Shown: in pieces, positions 9,376-19,276 of the stretch
How the letters are laid out: every line of letters begins with the position of its first letter
How positions within the stretch are numbered: the stretch's first letter is position 1
Assembly (NCBI GenBank): GCA_963847625.1
Contig: CAWKAR010000019.1
Span: 105,335 to 169,334, forward strand
Source: a candidate division FCPU426 bacterium
Lineage (GTDB): Bacteria > Oederibacteriota > Muellerivitia > Muellerivitales > Muellerivitaceae
Length of the DNA stretch: 64,000 bases
Reading direction: 5' to 3'
Made by a program: the position numbers and the translations under genes
Notes under the pieces: generated by a model
Told to the model about the DNA's origin: nothing
What the model saw: the letters and a program-made list of their open reading frames with translations, nothing else
Databases searched by the model: none

Positions 9376-10395
9376 TTATGGGCTGAATTTTTCCACCCGA
9401 TTGTTGCCCGTATCCGAAACATAAATGTAACCAGCGCCATCCACCGCGATGAAGGTGGGAGCGTTGAAAAAACCGGGCGCGAGCCCATAGGTCCCGAATT
9501 GGGAAAGGTAGCGCCCCGAACTATCGAATACTTCCACCCGGTCATTGCCCGAATCCACCACATAGACCTTGGCGTTGTCCGGGCTGAGGGCGACGCCGAT
9601 GGGCCCGTTGAGTTGGCCGTTCCCCGCGCCTGTCCCGGTATTCCCGCCCAAATAGCCCAAGGAGACGCCGGTGGCGCTGAAAATTTCCACACAGTTGTAT
9701 CCACCGGTCGAGACGTAAAGGGTCGTGCCGGCGGAGTTCACCGCGATGTCCGGGGAGTTATAGAGGTCGCTATAGCACGACCATTGGGCCAGGTAGGTGC
9801 CCCCGCCGTTAAAGGCTTTCACCAGGTAATTGCCGGGATCCACCACATAAATGGTCGTGCCCGCCGAGTTCACCGCGATTCCCTCGGGCCCCCAATAGAA
9901 CTGTCCGTTCCCGGTCCCATAAGACCCCCACTGGCCTTCAAAGGCGCCTAAGCCGCTGAAGGCCTCCACGCGATAGTTGCCGTTGTCCGCCACATAAACC
10001 GTCGTGCCGGAGGAATTCAGGGCGATGCACTGGAAACCGTTACATCCAGAAAAATTCCCGGGCCCCGACCCATAGCCGCCCCACTGGGTAAGGTAGGCAC
10101 CGGAACCGTTGAGGACTTCCACCCGGCCGTTACCCTCATCCACCACGTAAAGGGTCGTGCCAGCCGAATTCACAGCGATACCCTGGGGATTGATGAACTG
10201 CCCATTGCCTGAACCCCGCGTGCCCCATTCGGCCAGATAATTGGAAGGTATGGCGGGTGTGTTGAAGGGACCTCCCGGTGACGTGTTCTTGGCGCAGGAG
10301 GAGAGTTCCAATGCCGTCCATCCCCCGCATAATAAGAGGAGCCCGGTGAATACCCGCATCATTTCATTTCCTTTCTTGAAGTGTTCCATATTCAA
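9376..10395 (-). CDS. NHL-repeat beta-propeller (lipo)protein
   Basis: Six repeats of GQF..P.GIAVNSAGTTLYVVD.GN.RV; overlaps the upstream gene. Confidence 0.9.
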   Translation of the reverse strand: MNMEHFKKGNEMMRVFTGLLLLCGGWTALELSSCAKNTSPGGPFNTPAIPSNYLAEWGTRGSGNGQFINPQGIAVNSAGTTLYVVDEGNGRVEVLNGSGAYLTQWGGYGSGPGNFSGCNGFQCIALNSSGTTVYVADNGNYRVEAFSGLGAFEGQWGSYGTGNGQFYWGPEGIAVNSAGTTIYVVDPGNYLVKAFNGGGTYLAQWSCYSDLYNSPDIAVNSAGTTLYVSTGGYNCVEIFSATGVSLGYLGGNTGTGAGNGQLNGPIGVALSPDNAKVYVVDSGNDRVEVFDSSGRYLSQFGTYGLAPGFFNAPTFIAVDGAGYIYVSDTGNNRVEKFSP

Positions 10396-12380
10396 TTAAA
10401 CCCAAAACGGATGCCCGCCAAAAGGGGGATATCCTGCCCGATGACGCCGTCGGCGAAGATAAAATTATATTTCCCCTCCACGAACAGGGAATCCAAGGGG
10501 TCAAAGGGCACTTCCAAACCCGCCCCCAGAGCCATGTCGAAGTTGCCCACTTGGACGGGGCCGAAAACGCCGCCCCAGGAGACTTCCACATCCAGCCCCG
10601 CGCCCGCCGACAGGTATGGCCTGATCCCCTTTTGAAGGAGCAGGTACCGGACCGTCGGAAGGAACAAGAGCTCGTGGTCCCCGATGGACCCCACGTAATT
10701 GGTGCCGGAATAATCGAAATCCTCCACGTCCAACTGGAGGGCCCAGCCGTCGTTGAATCCATAGCCGACGCTGAATTTCCCGCCGCTTCCCAGGCCATAG
10801 GCCGTTTGCCAATTTTGGGTTGGAAGGTCGATTCCCCCCGCCAGTTCCACGAATATATGCCCCGGGGCCGAAACCTCAAGTTGAGGCCCAAGATTTGGGG
10901 TGGTTTGGTCCCGGGATCCGGAGAAGTTGAATTTCAAACCCGTCTCTAAAACCGCATAACCGTTCTGATAGGGGTTGGTGAAATTACGGAGGTTGGACGC
11001 GTTATAGTCCTTCAGTTCAATGAATAGGTCCAAGGTTGGGTTCAAATATAAAGCCATGCCGGCCCCAAATTGCGCGGCATTATTCTCTCCATAAAAATCG
11101 GGGCCATCGGGGAATTCCAGCCCAAGCCCGCCGAACAGGTAAGGCTGGAATGGGTCGGAGATGACAAGGGTGTATTGAAGGTTCGCCAGGACCGCCCAAT
11201 CCCCCGGGAATCTTTCCAAATTGGTGTAAAAGGAAAAATGATTCAGAAAGTCGTATCCGGCCGCGATGGAAGTGGTATTGACCTGCATATCGTTGACCGT
11301 CGAATAATAGTCGCCCGAAGCTAAAGTGAATCCCAAACCCATTTTAATGAAAAAATTACCGTTGGACGGGGGCGTTCCGCTCTTGTTATCCCCGCCGTGA
11401 TCGCCCCCAAGGTCGAGGATCACCCCGGCGTTGATGGGATAATCGATGGCGATCACCTGTTTGTTCGGGTAAAAGTAGTTGGGATTACCCATGTAAAATT
11501 GGTTCTGGGCGAAGGATTCAAGAATAAAGTTGCCTTTCGCCTCGACGAATGTGCTCCAGCCCCCGCCCAGCTTTAACTGCGCACCCAGGCTTCCCTGTAA
11601 CAGGTGATCGGTATTGTAGAAACTATTATCAGCAAAGACACCGACACCGGCTCCCAAATAAGGCCTGAAGGGTCCGTCTCCGAACGCATAGCGGGCCGAG
11701 AAGGTCGTTTCTAAACACTTGACCTCGTAGTTGCGTCTATAGAAAGAATCATATTGTGATAAGAAATACATGGCTTCCGTCAACCAAAGGGACCAGTGGT
11801 CATCCCAGGCGTAACCGAAACCTAGTTCCCCTCCCAAACCCACCGTGCCGGGGTTTTTAAAGTTTTGACCGAAGAATTCCAAGCCTGGGCCCAGTTGGAA
11901 CTGAAAATTTTTAAAAGGATCGTTCGGGGCCTTCGGCGTGGGAGTCGGGACCGCCAAGTCCTCAAGGGTTCCATTCGGTTTCCGATCCGGGTCCAGGTCC
12001 GGCGGTGGCGGCATTTGGGCTTCAGCCTTTCCCTCAAAATAAGCGCCATCATCGTTTCTCGGCTTCCTCGGCTCCGGTGTTTTCAGCCAATCCACGAAGC
12101 TTTTCAACCGGGGATTGTCCCCGTTTAGTTTCAGGCTCTCTTGGCATTGCGCCAGGGCATCCTGGTTATCATTCATCTGGTATGCGCAATAACCCAGCAA
12201 TTGGTGGGCTTTCCAATTGCCGGGGCTCAACTGGATGGCCCGTTTCAGGTTTGTGACGGCGGCCGAATAGTCATTGCCGTAGTATTGGCTCAAAGCCAAA
12301 TTGAAATAGTCCCCGGCATCGGCCGCGAAAACATTTAAGGCCGATAGGTAGAAAAGCACCGCCCAAACGAACCTTCTCAT
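10392..12380 (-). CDS. TPR plus three tandem outer-membrane beta-barrel domains
   Basis: Signal peptide, TPRs, then three units containing RPYLGAGVG / QPYLFGGLG / RPYLSAGAG; terminal IRFGF. Confidence 0.75.
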   Translation of the reverse strand: MRRFVWAVLFYLSALNVFAADAGDYFNLALSQYYGNDYSAAVTNLKRAIQLSPGNWKAHQLLGYCAYQMNDNQDALAQCQESLKLNGDNPRLKSFVDWLKTPEPRKPRNDDGAYFEGKAEAQMPPPPDLDPDRKPNGTLEDLAVPTPTPKAPNDPFKNFQFQLGPGLEFFGQNFKNPGTVGLGGELGFGYAWDDHWSLWLTEAMYFLSQYDSFYRRNYEVKCLETTFSARYAFGDGPFRPYLGAGVGVFADNSFYNTDHLLQGSLGAQLKLGGGWSTFVEAKGNFILESFAQNQFYMGNPNYFYPNKQVIAIDYPINAGVILDLGGDHGGDNKSGTPPSNGNFFIKMGLGFTLASGDYYSTVNDMQVNTTSIAAGYDFLNHFSFYTNLERFPGDWAVLANLQYTLVISDPFQPYLFGGLGLEFPDGPDFYGENNAAQFGAGMALYLNPTLDLFIELKDYNASNLRNFTNPYQNGYAVLETGLKFNFSGSRDQTTPNLGPQLEVSAPGHIFVELAGGIDLPTQNWQTAYGLGSGGKFSVGYGFNDGWALQLDVEDFDYSGTNYVGSIGDHELLFLPTVRYLLLQKGIRPYLSAGAGLDVEVSWGGVFGPVQVGNFDMALGAGLEVPFDPLDSLFVEGKYNFIFADGVIGQDIPLLAGIRFGFN

Positions 12381-12428
12381 AATATTCTTCCCCTCAATAA
12401 CGAACTACGTTTTATGAGCTATTAATCT

Positions 12429-12458
12429 TTGTCCACTTTGGCTCCCCGTCGCGGACAG
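12429..12458 (+). repeat. 30-bp cassette-boundary site R8
   Basis: ttgtccactttg-gctccc-cgtcgcggacag, directly abutting the stop at 12459. Confidence 0.9.
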
Positions 12459-13448
12459 CTATTTTTTATGTTTCATCCAACGTTTCACCGAATTCACATT
12501 TTCATTATGGGCTAGGTCGCCGTTCAATTCTTTTATTCGATCTCTGCACAATTGCGTCACGACCGAATTTTCGATAACGACGTTATCTTTGACGCCCTTG
12601 GTTTTTACCATCTCCAGAAGTCGTACCCAGGCATCGCGGTAAAGCTCCCAACCCTTCTGGTCTTCTTCTAAACCGGGATCATACTTTGGATAATTTGAAA
12701 ACCCCTTATTTTGGGTTTCGAACAATTCTTTTTCTTCTATAATCTTTTTAAACGCGGTCTGGAGAGATTTATTCAAATTTCTTCTCGCTTCTTGGCATTC
12801 CTTTAAGGTCGACACATTCAATTGACCCTTCAGCAACCAATCTTTGATCTTGTCTTGATGAAGGGCTTTCCCATAAGTATGTCTCGGGTGTTCATCGCTT
12901 ATACCCAAGATATCTTCTTCCATAAGGTCCAATACAGCCCTTTTTCCATCGTTTATCTCCAGAGTTTCGGCTTCATCTTCTATGATTTTCAATTCTTTCT
13001 TCTCCATGTCATTCAAGCGGCCCTTGAAAGTTTCGACCTTTCGGTTTAATTCCTGGTCATTGAGATCCGTTTGGATGTCGTTGCAATCATATGATTCATC
13101 ACTATCCATGGGGATGTCGTTACAGGTCAATCGAGGATAGATTTTTTGGGGGGTTTTCAACCTCTCCTGAATGATCTTCTCTAGATTTTGGTATCCAACT
13201 CCCCAATAGTTGAGCTTATTGTCTGCCTCTTCGAATAGTTCCTGGGCTTTTTGGGGATTTCTTTCCACGCCATCCCCGTTGAGATACATCAAGATGAGGA
13301 AGGGGTAACCTTTCCCAATATCATCTTTTTGGAAACAATCCATGGCTTTGGAATAATCAACAGGCACACCGATCCCGTAATAATATTTCAAACATTCCTT
13401 ATCCAGGGCTTGGAGTTTGGTCGTGACAAGAAAAAAGACCATTATCAA
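12459..13448 (-). CDS. Sel1-repeat / LprI (DUF1311)-like secreted protein
   Basis: YYYGIGVPVDYSKA and MYLNGDGVERNPQKA (Sel1); LEEDQKGWELYRDA...RDRIKEL (LprI-like). Confidence 0.75.
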   Translation of the reverse strand: MIMVFFLVTTKLQALDKECLKYYYGIGVPVDYSKAMDCFQKDDIGKGYPFLILMYLNGDGVERNPQKAQELFEEADNKLNYWGVGYQNLEKIIQERLKTPQKIYPRLTCNDIPMDSDESYDCNDIQTDLNDQELNRKVETFKGRLNDMEKKELKIIEDEAETLEINDGKRAVLDLMEEDILGISDEHPRHTYGKALHQDKIKDWLLKGQLNVSTLKECQEARRNLNKSLQTAFKKIIEEKELFETQNKGFSNYPKYDPGLEEDQKGWELYRDAWVRLLEMVKTKGVKDNVVIENSVVTQLCRDRIKELNGDLAHNENVNSVKRWMKHKK

Positions 13449-13482
13449 AAAAAGTGTTATTTTGGATTTCGTAAATAGCTCC

Positions 13483-13512
13483 TTGACTACGAAGGCTCCC
13501 CGTCGTGGACAA
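13483..13512 (+). repeat. 30-bp cassette-boundary site R9
   Basis: ttgactacgaag-gctccc-cgtcgtggacaa. Confidence 0.9.
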
Positions 13513-13523
13513 ATATCCTAAGT

Positions 13524-13901
13524 TTAAAAAGTAAAGCGTTCCTTCAACCAGGGTGGGCTCTTTTCCGTCAGGCACTGGATCACAATGACATGTCCTTCAG
13601 GGTCTTCAAAAGATACAGCCTGTAAACCCAAATGGGAGTCCGTGGGGCCGGTGAACCGGATTCCTTTTTGCTTTAGACTTGCTACCAGAGCCGGGAGGTC
13701 ATCCGTGATGAAGGAAACCTGGGACTTGCCGGGTTGATGAACCGATGTATCGAAATCCACTCCAGGCCAACCCGAGTCAAAGACATTTAACCCGGCTGGT
13801 TCAGTTAGATTGAGTTTGAAGCCCAATACTTCCTCATAGAATTTCCTGCTCCCGCTTGGATCTTTTGTATAAAGCTCAACCTCATGAAGTTTGAAACGCA
13901 T
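13524..13901 (-). CDS. VOC/glyoxalase family protein
   Basis: LHEVELYTKD...SRKFYEEVLG...FEDPEGH; GGAGG RBS. Confidence 0.9.
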   Translation of the reverse strand: MRFKLHEVELYTKDPSGSRKFYEEVLGFKLNLTEPAGLNVFDSGWPGVDFDTSVHQPGKSQVSFITDDLPALVASLKQKGIRFTGPTDSHLGLQAVSFEDPEGHVIVIQCLTEKSPPWLKERFTF

Positions 13902-13956
13902 ATTCCCTCCTCACAAATACTTTCCCATTCATGAAAGCTTCTTCCCGACTTTTTCC

Positions 13957-13986
13957 TTGTCCACGATGACTCTCCGCCGCGGACAA
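13957..13986 (+). repeat. 30-bp cassette-boundary site R10
   Basis: ttgtccacgatg-actctc-cgccgcggacaa. Confidence 0.88.
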
Positions 13987-14001
13987 CTTTAAAACCTTAT
14001 A

Positions 14002-14151
14002 TCAAACCCGCTCCCGGCGACGCCGGTCGCCGGCTTTTTCTTTGCCAGCCATCATGCGGGCTCCCCCGCACCGGGGGCACACGAACTTTCTTTGTTTATG
14101 GGCCGAATGGGCCATTTCCCTCATCTTGATCTTGCATCGCCTGCAGAACAT
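14002..14151 (-). CDS. Small Zn-ribbon protein, copy 2 (49 aa); absent from ORF track
   Basis: MFCRRCKIKMREMAHSAHKQRKFVCPRCGGARMMAGKEKAGDRRRRERV; RBS GGTGAGG lies inside site R11. Confidence 0.7.
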   Translation of the reverse strand: MFCRRCKIKMREMAHSAHKQRKFVCPRCGGARMMAGKEKAGDRRRRERV

Positions 14152-14173
14152 ACCCTCACCCCGTCGCGGATAA
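14144..14173 (+). repeat. 30-bp cassette-boundary site R11
   Basis: cagaacataccc-tcaccc-cgtcgcggataa, 1 nt from the stop at 14175. Confidence 0.7.
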
Positions 14174-14174
14174 C

Positions 14175-14603
14175 CTATATTTTCTTTTTCAAATAATATC
14201 TCACATGCCGTTTTTGAAAAGGTGCCAGTTGCCCGAAAAGACGATATCCCTGTTTTTTATAAAATCCCGGGGCTTGGAAACTAAAAGTGCTTAAATAAAC
14301 CTGCTTACAGCCCTTTTTTTTTGCTATAGCTTCCGCTTTGCGAAGAAGCCGTTTTCCTAATCCTTGGCCACGATATTTTCGATCGACACATAGGATATCC
14401 ACACAAAGCCATCCCAAATAGGTATATCCGGTCACCCCCCCTACGAGCATTCCCTTTCCGTTTTTGGCCTCAAGGCCAACTGCCTTCCAATTTGAAATCC
14501 CGCTTTTTTTACTATTGAAAGGGCTGATTTTGCTGATGAGCTTATTTCGTAATTCCGTATATTTCCGGGGGCCAACTTGAATGATGGCGGAGGATGGCTT
14601 CAA
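14175..14603 (-). CDS. GNAT family N-acetyltransferase
   Basis: LCVDRKYRGQGLGKRLL; STFSFQAPGFYKKQGY. Confidence 0.92.
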   Translation of the reverse strand: MKPSSAIIQVGPRKYTELRNKLISKISPFNSKKSGISNWKAVGLEAKNGKGMLVGGVTGYTYLGWLCVDILCVDRKYRGQGLGKRLLRKAEAIAKKKGCKQVYLSTFSFQAPGFYKKQGYRLFGQLAPFQKRHVRYYLKKKI

Positions 14604-14691
14604 AAGATTTCTCTTTAATTTGGAATTTATCGTTTTGAATGGGTATCAAGAACCTGGATTTTGCCGCGGGCACCCCAAAGGGCTATTGCCC

Positions 14692-16764
14692 TTATTTAAC
14701 GCCTGAACTTTTCTTGGCTTTTTCAAAATCGTCCTTGGACCAGACTTCCGCCACCCAATGGTTTCCGATTTTCCTGAAGGCTTTTTTGGCGTCCTTGCCC
14801 TTTTTGTTCTGGTAATCCAGCCAGGCCAGGCGGTTCCAAATATCCCAATTGTGGGGGTCCAGTTTTAAAAGCGTCTGGTAGGCTTTCACCCGTTCCTTGA
14901 ACACCTTCGGTTTTTTCACGAATTCCTTCTTTTCGGAATCCTTGGAAAGCCCGTTTTGGGCCGTGTCGGAGGAGGCCAAAACCACGTAAGGATAAAGGGC
15001 CCTTAATTCCTTGTCTTTCCCGGAAATCTTCTTGGCCAAATCCAGGACAGGTTTTGTTTTTCCCGCCAGCGCCGCCCAGGCCAGATAGTTTTTCCACTCG
15101 CCGAGATCTCCCGGCGATGCGGTCAGGTAATTCCCGTAGCTCTTGGCGAAATCTTTCCAATAGGGCGAATTTTTCACTTTCTCCCGCGTCTCTTTCCGCC
15201 ATTGAGCCAGTCCCGCCTCCGACTGTTCCAAGCAAAGCACGTGGAAATCAGCGGCGCATGGAATGAAAAACAAGGCGGGAAACCTTTTGTTGAACTTTCG
15301 GGCGAACTCGAACATTTCCTTCAAGGAGCCGTTCCATTTCGGATTGAGGTAATCCATGTAAACGGTGTAAGCCTCATAATCGTTGGGATCCAGCCGCAGG
15401 ACTTTTCCGAAGTCATCTTTCATGGTTTCCTTGGCCAGTTCCGCCGCGTTGCCGTAGGCCACCAGTTGGCCCCAGGCCCTTCCGTAATGCGGGGTCAGGT
15501 CGACAGCCTTCTGGGCGTATTTCAAACTCTCCTCGACACGCTTTTTAAAAAGTTTCAACGCCTTCGGCGGGACGTCCCTGGTCCAATCAGTGCCCCGAGC
15601 CTCCCAGGCCAAGGAAAGCGTCAGTTGGGCCAGTTGAATCCAGGCGTTGGGGTTTTCCGGATGCGATTGGGTCCAGTTTTTCAACAGCGTGACGGCTTCA
15701 TCGTTATAGCCTTTGCCCTCCAAGGAGTAGGCGGCATAACGGTACCAATCGGGATTGTCGTTGTCCCTTTGCAACTCCTCCAGGGACAGTTTCAGGGCTT
15801 CGTCGTACTTTTTCAGCGCGTAAAGCTCGTAAACGTAGTCGAACTTGTAAAAGGAGTTATCCGGGTATTTCCGGACGAGCGGTTCGATCATGTCCAGATG
15901 GTTGGTCCGCTCCCGGAAGTCCGAAATTCCAAGCCAACGGTCGACCAAATAGTGGCACTTGGAGTTCTTGGCGAGGATATTGTCCCACTGGTTCACTAAT
16001 GAATATCCGCCCTGCCGGATCAGGCTTTCCAGGAAGGCTGTGCGTTCCAAATCCTTGTCGTTTAAGAACACGGGGCGCTTCAAGAAAGCCGCCTGTCGCG
16101 CGTTGGGTTTGAACCCAACCCAGTCATGGAGGCGGGAAGCCATCCAGCCCGGCGCCGAATGAAGCTGATTGGCCGTGAATTTTTTCTTGTATTTTTTCAG
16201 TGGATGGGAGCCGGTAAAACTCAAAGTGATGGTGTAACCCGTTTTCGCCCGGACCAAGGTTCCACTCGCGTTATCCGGGGTCGCGAACATGTAAGCCAGT
16301 TGTTTGGAAAATTGCTCGTGATATTGCCCGAGCGCCGAGTCGAACAGCCTGAAGTTCTGGAAAAGGGTGCCGGCGTTGGGCAGGTCAAAAATAGATTCAG
16401 GAAGGTAGGTCGCCTGCTCCATGGCCAAGTAACTCAGAAAACTTCCCAGGGCGTTAATCCGGCCCATTTTGTCCTTGAGGGGGAAAATCAAGGGGCAATG
16501 CGGGAGGGTTTGCCCTTTAACCCGGATGTCTTCGATCATATTGATTATTTCTTGGCTGGGGCGCTGACCCTCGGGCGCGGCTTCTTCTTGCTTCTTTTTT
16601 ACCAGTTCCCTCTCACGAATGGCCTGATCCTTTTCCCTGGCGGATTTCAAAATTCTGGCCGCTTTTTTCTCGATTAGAACTTGCTTTTGATGGATGTAAC
16701 CAAGCTCGGCGGCTATAACGATGGCGCCAATTCCCACGGCGATAAAAATGAGTTTCCAATCCAT
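14692..16764 (-). CDS. Membrane-anchored TPR / DUF4034-like protein
   Basis: N-terminal TM; TPR helices; AWEARGTDW and PKWNGSLKEM motifs. Confidence 0.7.
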   Translation of the reverse strand: MDWKLIFIAVGIGAIVIAAELGYIHQKQVLIEKKAARILKSAREKDQAIRERELVKKKQEEAAPEGQRPSQEIINMIEDIRVKGQTLPHCPLIFPLKDKMGRINALGSFLSYLAMEQATYLPESIFDLPNAGTLFQNFRLFDSALGQYHEQFSKQLAYMFATPDNASGTLVRAKTGYTITLSFTGSHPLKKYKKKFTANQLHSAPGWMASRLHDWVGFKPNARQAAFLKRPVFLNDKDLERTAFLESLIRQGGYSLVNQWDNILAKNSKCHYLVDRWLGISDFRERTNHLDMIEPLVRKYPDNSFYKFDYVYELYALKKYDEALKLSLEELQRDNDNPDWYRYAAYSLEGKGYNDEAVTLLKNWTQSHPENPNAWIQLAQLTLSLAWEARGTDWTRDVPPKALKLFKKRVEESLKYAQKAVDLTPHYGRAWGQLVAYGNAAELAKETMKDDFGKVLRLDPNDYEAYTVYMDYLNPKWNGSLKEMFEFARKFNKRFPALFFIPCAADFHVLCLEQSEAGLAQWRKETREKVKNSPYWKDFAKSYGNYLTASPGDLGEWKNYLAWAALAGKTKPVLDLAKKISGKDKELRALYPYVVLASSDTAQNGLSKDSEKKEFVKKPKVFKERVKAYQTLLKLDPHNWDIWNRLAWLDYQNKKGKDAKKAFRKIGNHWVAEVWSKDDFEKAKKSSGVK

Positions 16765-17114
16765 TGTTAAAGAGTCCTTTTTTTTGGACGCATAGGCACC
16801 CCCGGTTCAAAAGCCTTGTTAATGAAATTCTCTCAAATGCGGGTTGAAAGGTGGGAAAAAAGTATTGGGGTTTTTATCTGAAAAACAGGCTCTTTTAGCG
16901 CATCAGGATTTAGGTTTACTCTATCCATCAGGAATTGGGAAATTCTAAAACGGTTTGGAAAAACAGGATGGCGGTATAATAAAAATTGAAGTCAGTATTA
17001 TACCCACTAGAACGGCAAAGCCGTTCCCTCTTTGAATGCTTAATGGAAGGACGGCTCTTCTTTTTCAGATGGATAAGGCTAATCGTGAATCCCCATATAA
17101 GTAAAAGGTATTTC

Positions 17115-18668
17115 ATGACTCGAAACACTCTTTTCCGAACCGCGCTTCTCCCCTTTTTCCTGATGCCTGTTTTCGCTTACCCCCAAGCTTCCACTCCAAC
17201 GCCCAATTGCTGCGAGGGTTTGTCATCTATTACAGGCGGATTTATCGAACCCACCGGATTGGCCATTGACTATGGCAGAAACCTTATTTACATTTCCGAT
17301 CCGAACACTCATAGTTTTTTCGTTTTCACAACGGGTGGGAGTCCCGTCACCAATTTGGTGTCATGGCCCGGAGGTGGTTTTAATACTCCGATGGACGTTG
17401 CGTTGGACAACCAAGGCAATGTCTTCGTGCCGGATTACAACGGTCAAACTGTTTATGAATTTAACGCCACTACTTTTTCCAATATGGCTGCAATCGGCGT
17501 CAGTGCGGTTGGCTTGCCGAGGGGCGTTTGGTTGGACACCCAGGGAGTCACGACGTCCCTCTATATCACCTCCCAAAATGACAATGTTTACCGGTATGAC
17601 AGCATCTCCGGCGGGCCTTTTAACGCGGCGGCCACTTTCGGGGGCAGTTCGGTATTGAACGTGCCCACTGAAATCATGTTGCAGGGAAACACAATCTACG
17701 TAGTGGATGATGGAAAGCACCTGGTGGAGTTTTCCGTTCCCGGTTATATCCCCACCACTCTGTATACCGGATCCAGCGACCTAAAGGGCATCCGGACGGA
17801 TCTGGCGGGGAATTTCTACGCGACAGAGGGCAACGGCTGTAAATTGGATATGTTCCTGTCAGGGTTGGCAAACGCGCCGATCCAATGCTCGATACCTACC
17901 AACCCCTGGGGGGTGGTATTGGACTCCGCTGGAAAAATATACGTTTGCGAGCAAAACGGGGATTCGGTGACGGTACTGCAAGGATGCGTAGTGGAAACCA
18001 CATTGACCCCCGTCTTAACACCGACTTCCACCAATACTTTGGCACCGACTTTGACTCCAACTGTCACCCAAACCACGACACCCACCCCAATGCCGGCCGA
18101 AACCTATACTCCCACGATGTCTTTCACACCAACGGACACCAAGACTCCCACGCCCACCCGCACGCCGACCTATTCCCCCACGATCACCGATACATTTACC
18201 GGCACCAACACCCCCACCCCGACCCCGACTGAAACCTATACACCCACAATCACAAATACCTTCACGGTCACTAACACTCCCACGATAATCCCCACGCCCA
18301 CTTCCACTGCCACCCCTACCGCCACGGGCACCCCTTGCGGTTATCCGGGCAACACCTGCACCCCCACCCCAACCCCTCTCTGCACCGACATCTTTTACTT
18401 GTCCAAAAACGTCTTCAACCCCTCGGGTCCTGTTTCCATTTTCGCGGGCAATTCCATCTACCCCGGCCCCTTTTCCCTGAATATTTACAACTCGGCGGGC
18501 GAACACATCAAAACGCTTGATTCCCAATATCTTGAAGCTCCGTTCAGCCAGTCGTACCAATGGGATGGGACCAATAAGTATGGGAACCCCTGTGCCAGTG
18601 GGGTTTACCTCATTTACTTGTCGGACCCACATAGCTCCAAGTTGAAGAGGATCATCCTCGTCAAGTAA
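17115..18668 (+). CDS. Secreted NHL beta-propeller with Thr/Pro linker and C-terminal FlgD-Ig-like sorting domain
   Basis: P.DVALD repeats; long TPT stretch; [10 protein letters not shown]...[12 protein letters not shown]...WDGTN...ASGVY. Confidence 0.85.
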   Translation: MTRNTLFRTALLPFFLMPVFAYPQASTPTPNCCEGLSSITGGFIEPTGLAIDYGRNLIYISDPNTHSFFVFTTGGSPVTNLVSWPGGGFNTPMDVALDNQGNVFVPDYNGQTVYEFNATTFSNMAAIGVSAVGLPRGVWLDTQGVTTSLYITSQNDNVYRYDSISGGPFNAAATFGGSSVLNVPTEIMLQGNTIYVVDDGKHLVEFSVPGYIPTTLYTGSSDLKGIRTDLAGNFYATEGNGCKLDMFLSGLANAPIQCSIPTNPWGVVLDSAGKIYVCEQNGDSVTVLQGCVVETTLTPVLTPTSTNTLAPTLTPTVTQTTTPTPMPAETYTPTMSFTPTDTKTPTPTRTPTYSPTITDTFTGTNTPTPTPTETYTPTITNTFTVTNTPTIIPTPTSTATPTATGTPCGYPGNTCTPTPTPLCTDIFYLSKNVFNPSGPVSIFAGNSIYPGPFSLNIYNSAGEHIKTLDSQYLEAPFSQSYQWDGTNKYGNPCASGVYLIYLSDPHSSKLKRIILVK

Positions 18669-18793
18669 ATAAATTCAAACCTGAAAAAATCTGAAACTTC
18701 CAAGATTTATGAATTTTTAATGAACCCGGCCGGTTTTGGCGGATAACCCTTTGGGGCATATCCCGCCAAACTATCCCCCTGAGTCGGGACGTT

Positions 18794-19276
18794 CTATTTC
18801 ACGATGGTGAATTCTCGCGAATACGCTTTCTGCGGTTTTTCGGCTCCTGAAAAAAAGGAATAATTTTTATAATAGGTAGCGATAAATTTAAATCGCCCTA
18901 TGGGCATGGGTCCCATCTTTATTTTTTTCTTGGGAATATTTTTAGTCTTATTCGGATCCGGCGGCCAGGTGATAGTTCTAACTTCAGCGGGTTTTAATTT
19001 GTGAACCATGACTGTTTTAATGAGATCTGGCCCTTCAATATCAAAAGGCCCAATGGAATCCCATTTGCCATCCGAATACTTCATGGCTTCCACCCAATAG
19101 CCCATTACCGCGGGTGAAGTATTTGTAATTTGAAAAGTTATTCTTTTTTCTGCCGATTGATAGGTATTTTTTATTCCCGAGAATTGAATGGGCGGCGGTT
19201 CCTTTTTGGCGAACCCGCAGAAAACCATAAAGAGAATAATGAGCGGAATATATTTTCTGACGGTGAATTGGCGCAT
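18794..19276 (-). CDS. Hypothetical secreted Ig-like protein
   Basis: GGAAGG RBS before MRQF; signal-like segment; ITFQITNTS. Confidence 0.6.
   Translation of the reverse strand: MRQFTVRKYIPLIILFMVFCGFAKKEPPPIQFSGIKNTYQSAEKRITFQITNTSPAVMGYWVEAMKYSDGKWDSIGPFDIEGPDLIKTVMVHKLKPAEVRTITWPPDPNKTKNIPKKKIKMGPMPIGRFKFIATYYKNYSFFSGAEKPQKAYSREFTIVK

Noticed and set aside
5635..13986. 30-bp repeats as CRISPR repeats, canonical attC sites, DnaA boxes or terminators
   Set aside because: Intervals are 0.1-3 kb genes, not spacers. There are no GTTRRRY/RYYYAAC ends. TTGTCCAC lacks the final A of a DnaA box and the copies are not clustered. There are no U-tracts, and the loop sequence is conserved.
18000..18380. 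Thr/Pro-coding repeats as a non-coding array, and antisense ORF 18015-18632
   Set aside because: Low-complexity linker within a CDS; the antisense ORF is a shadow.
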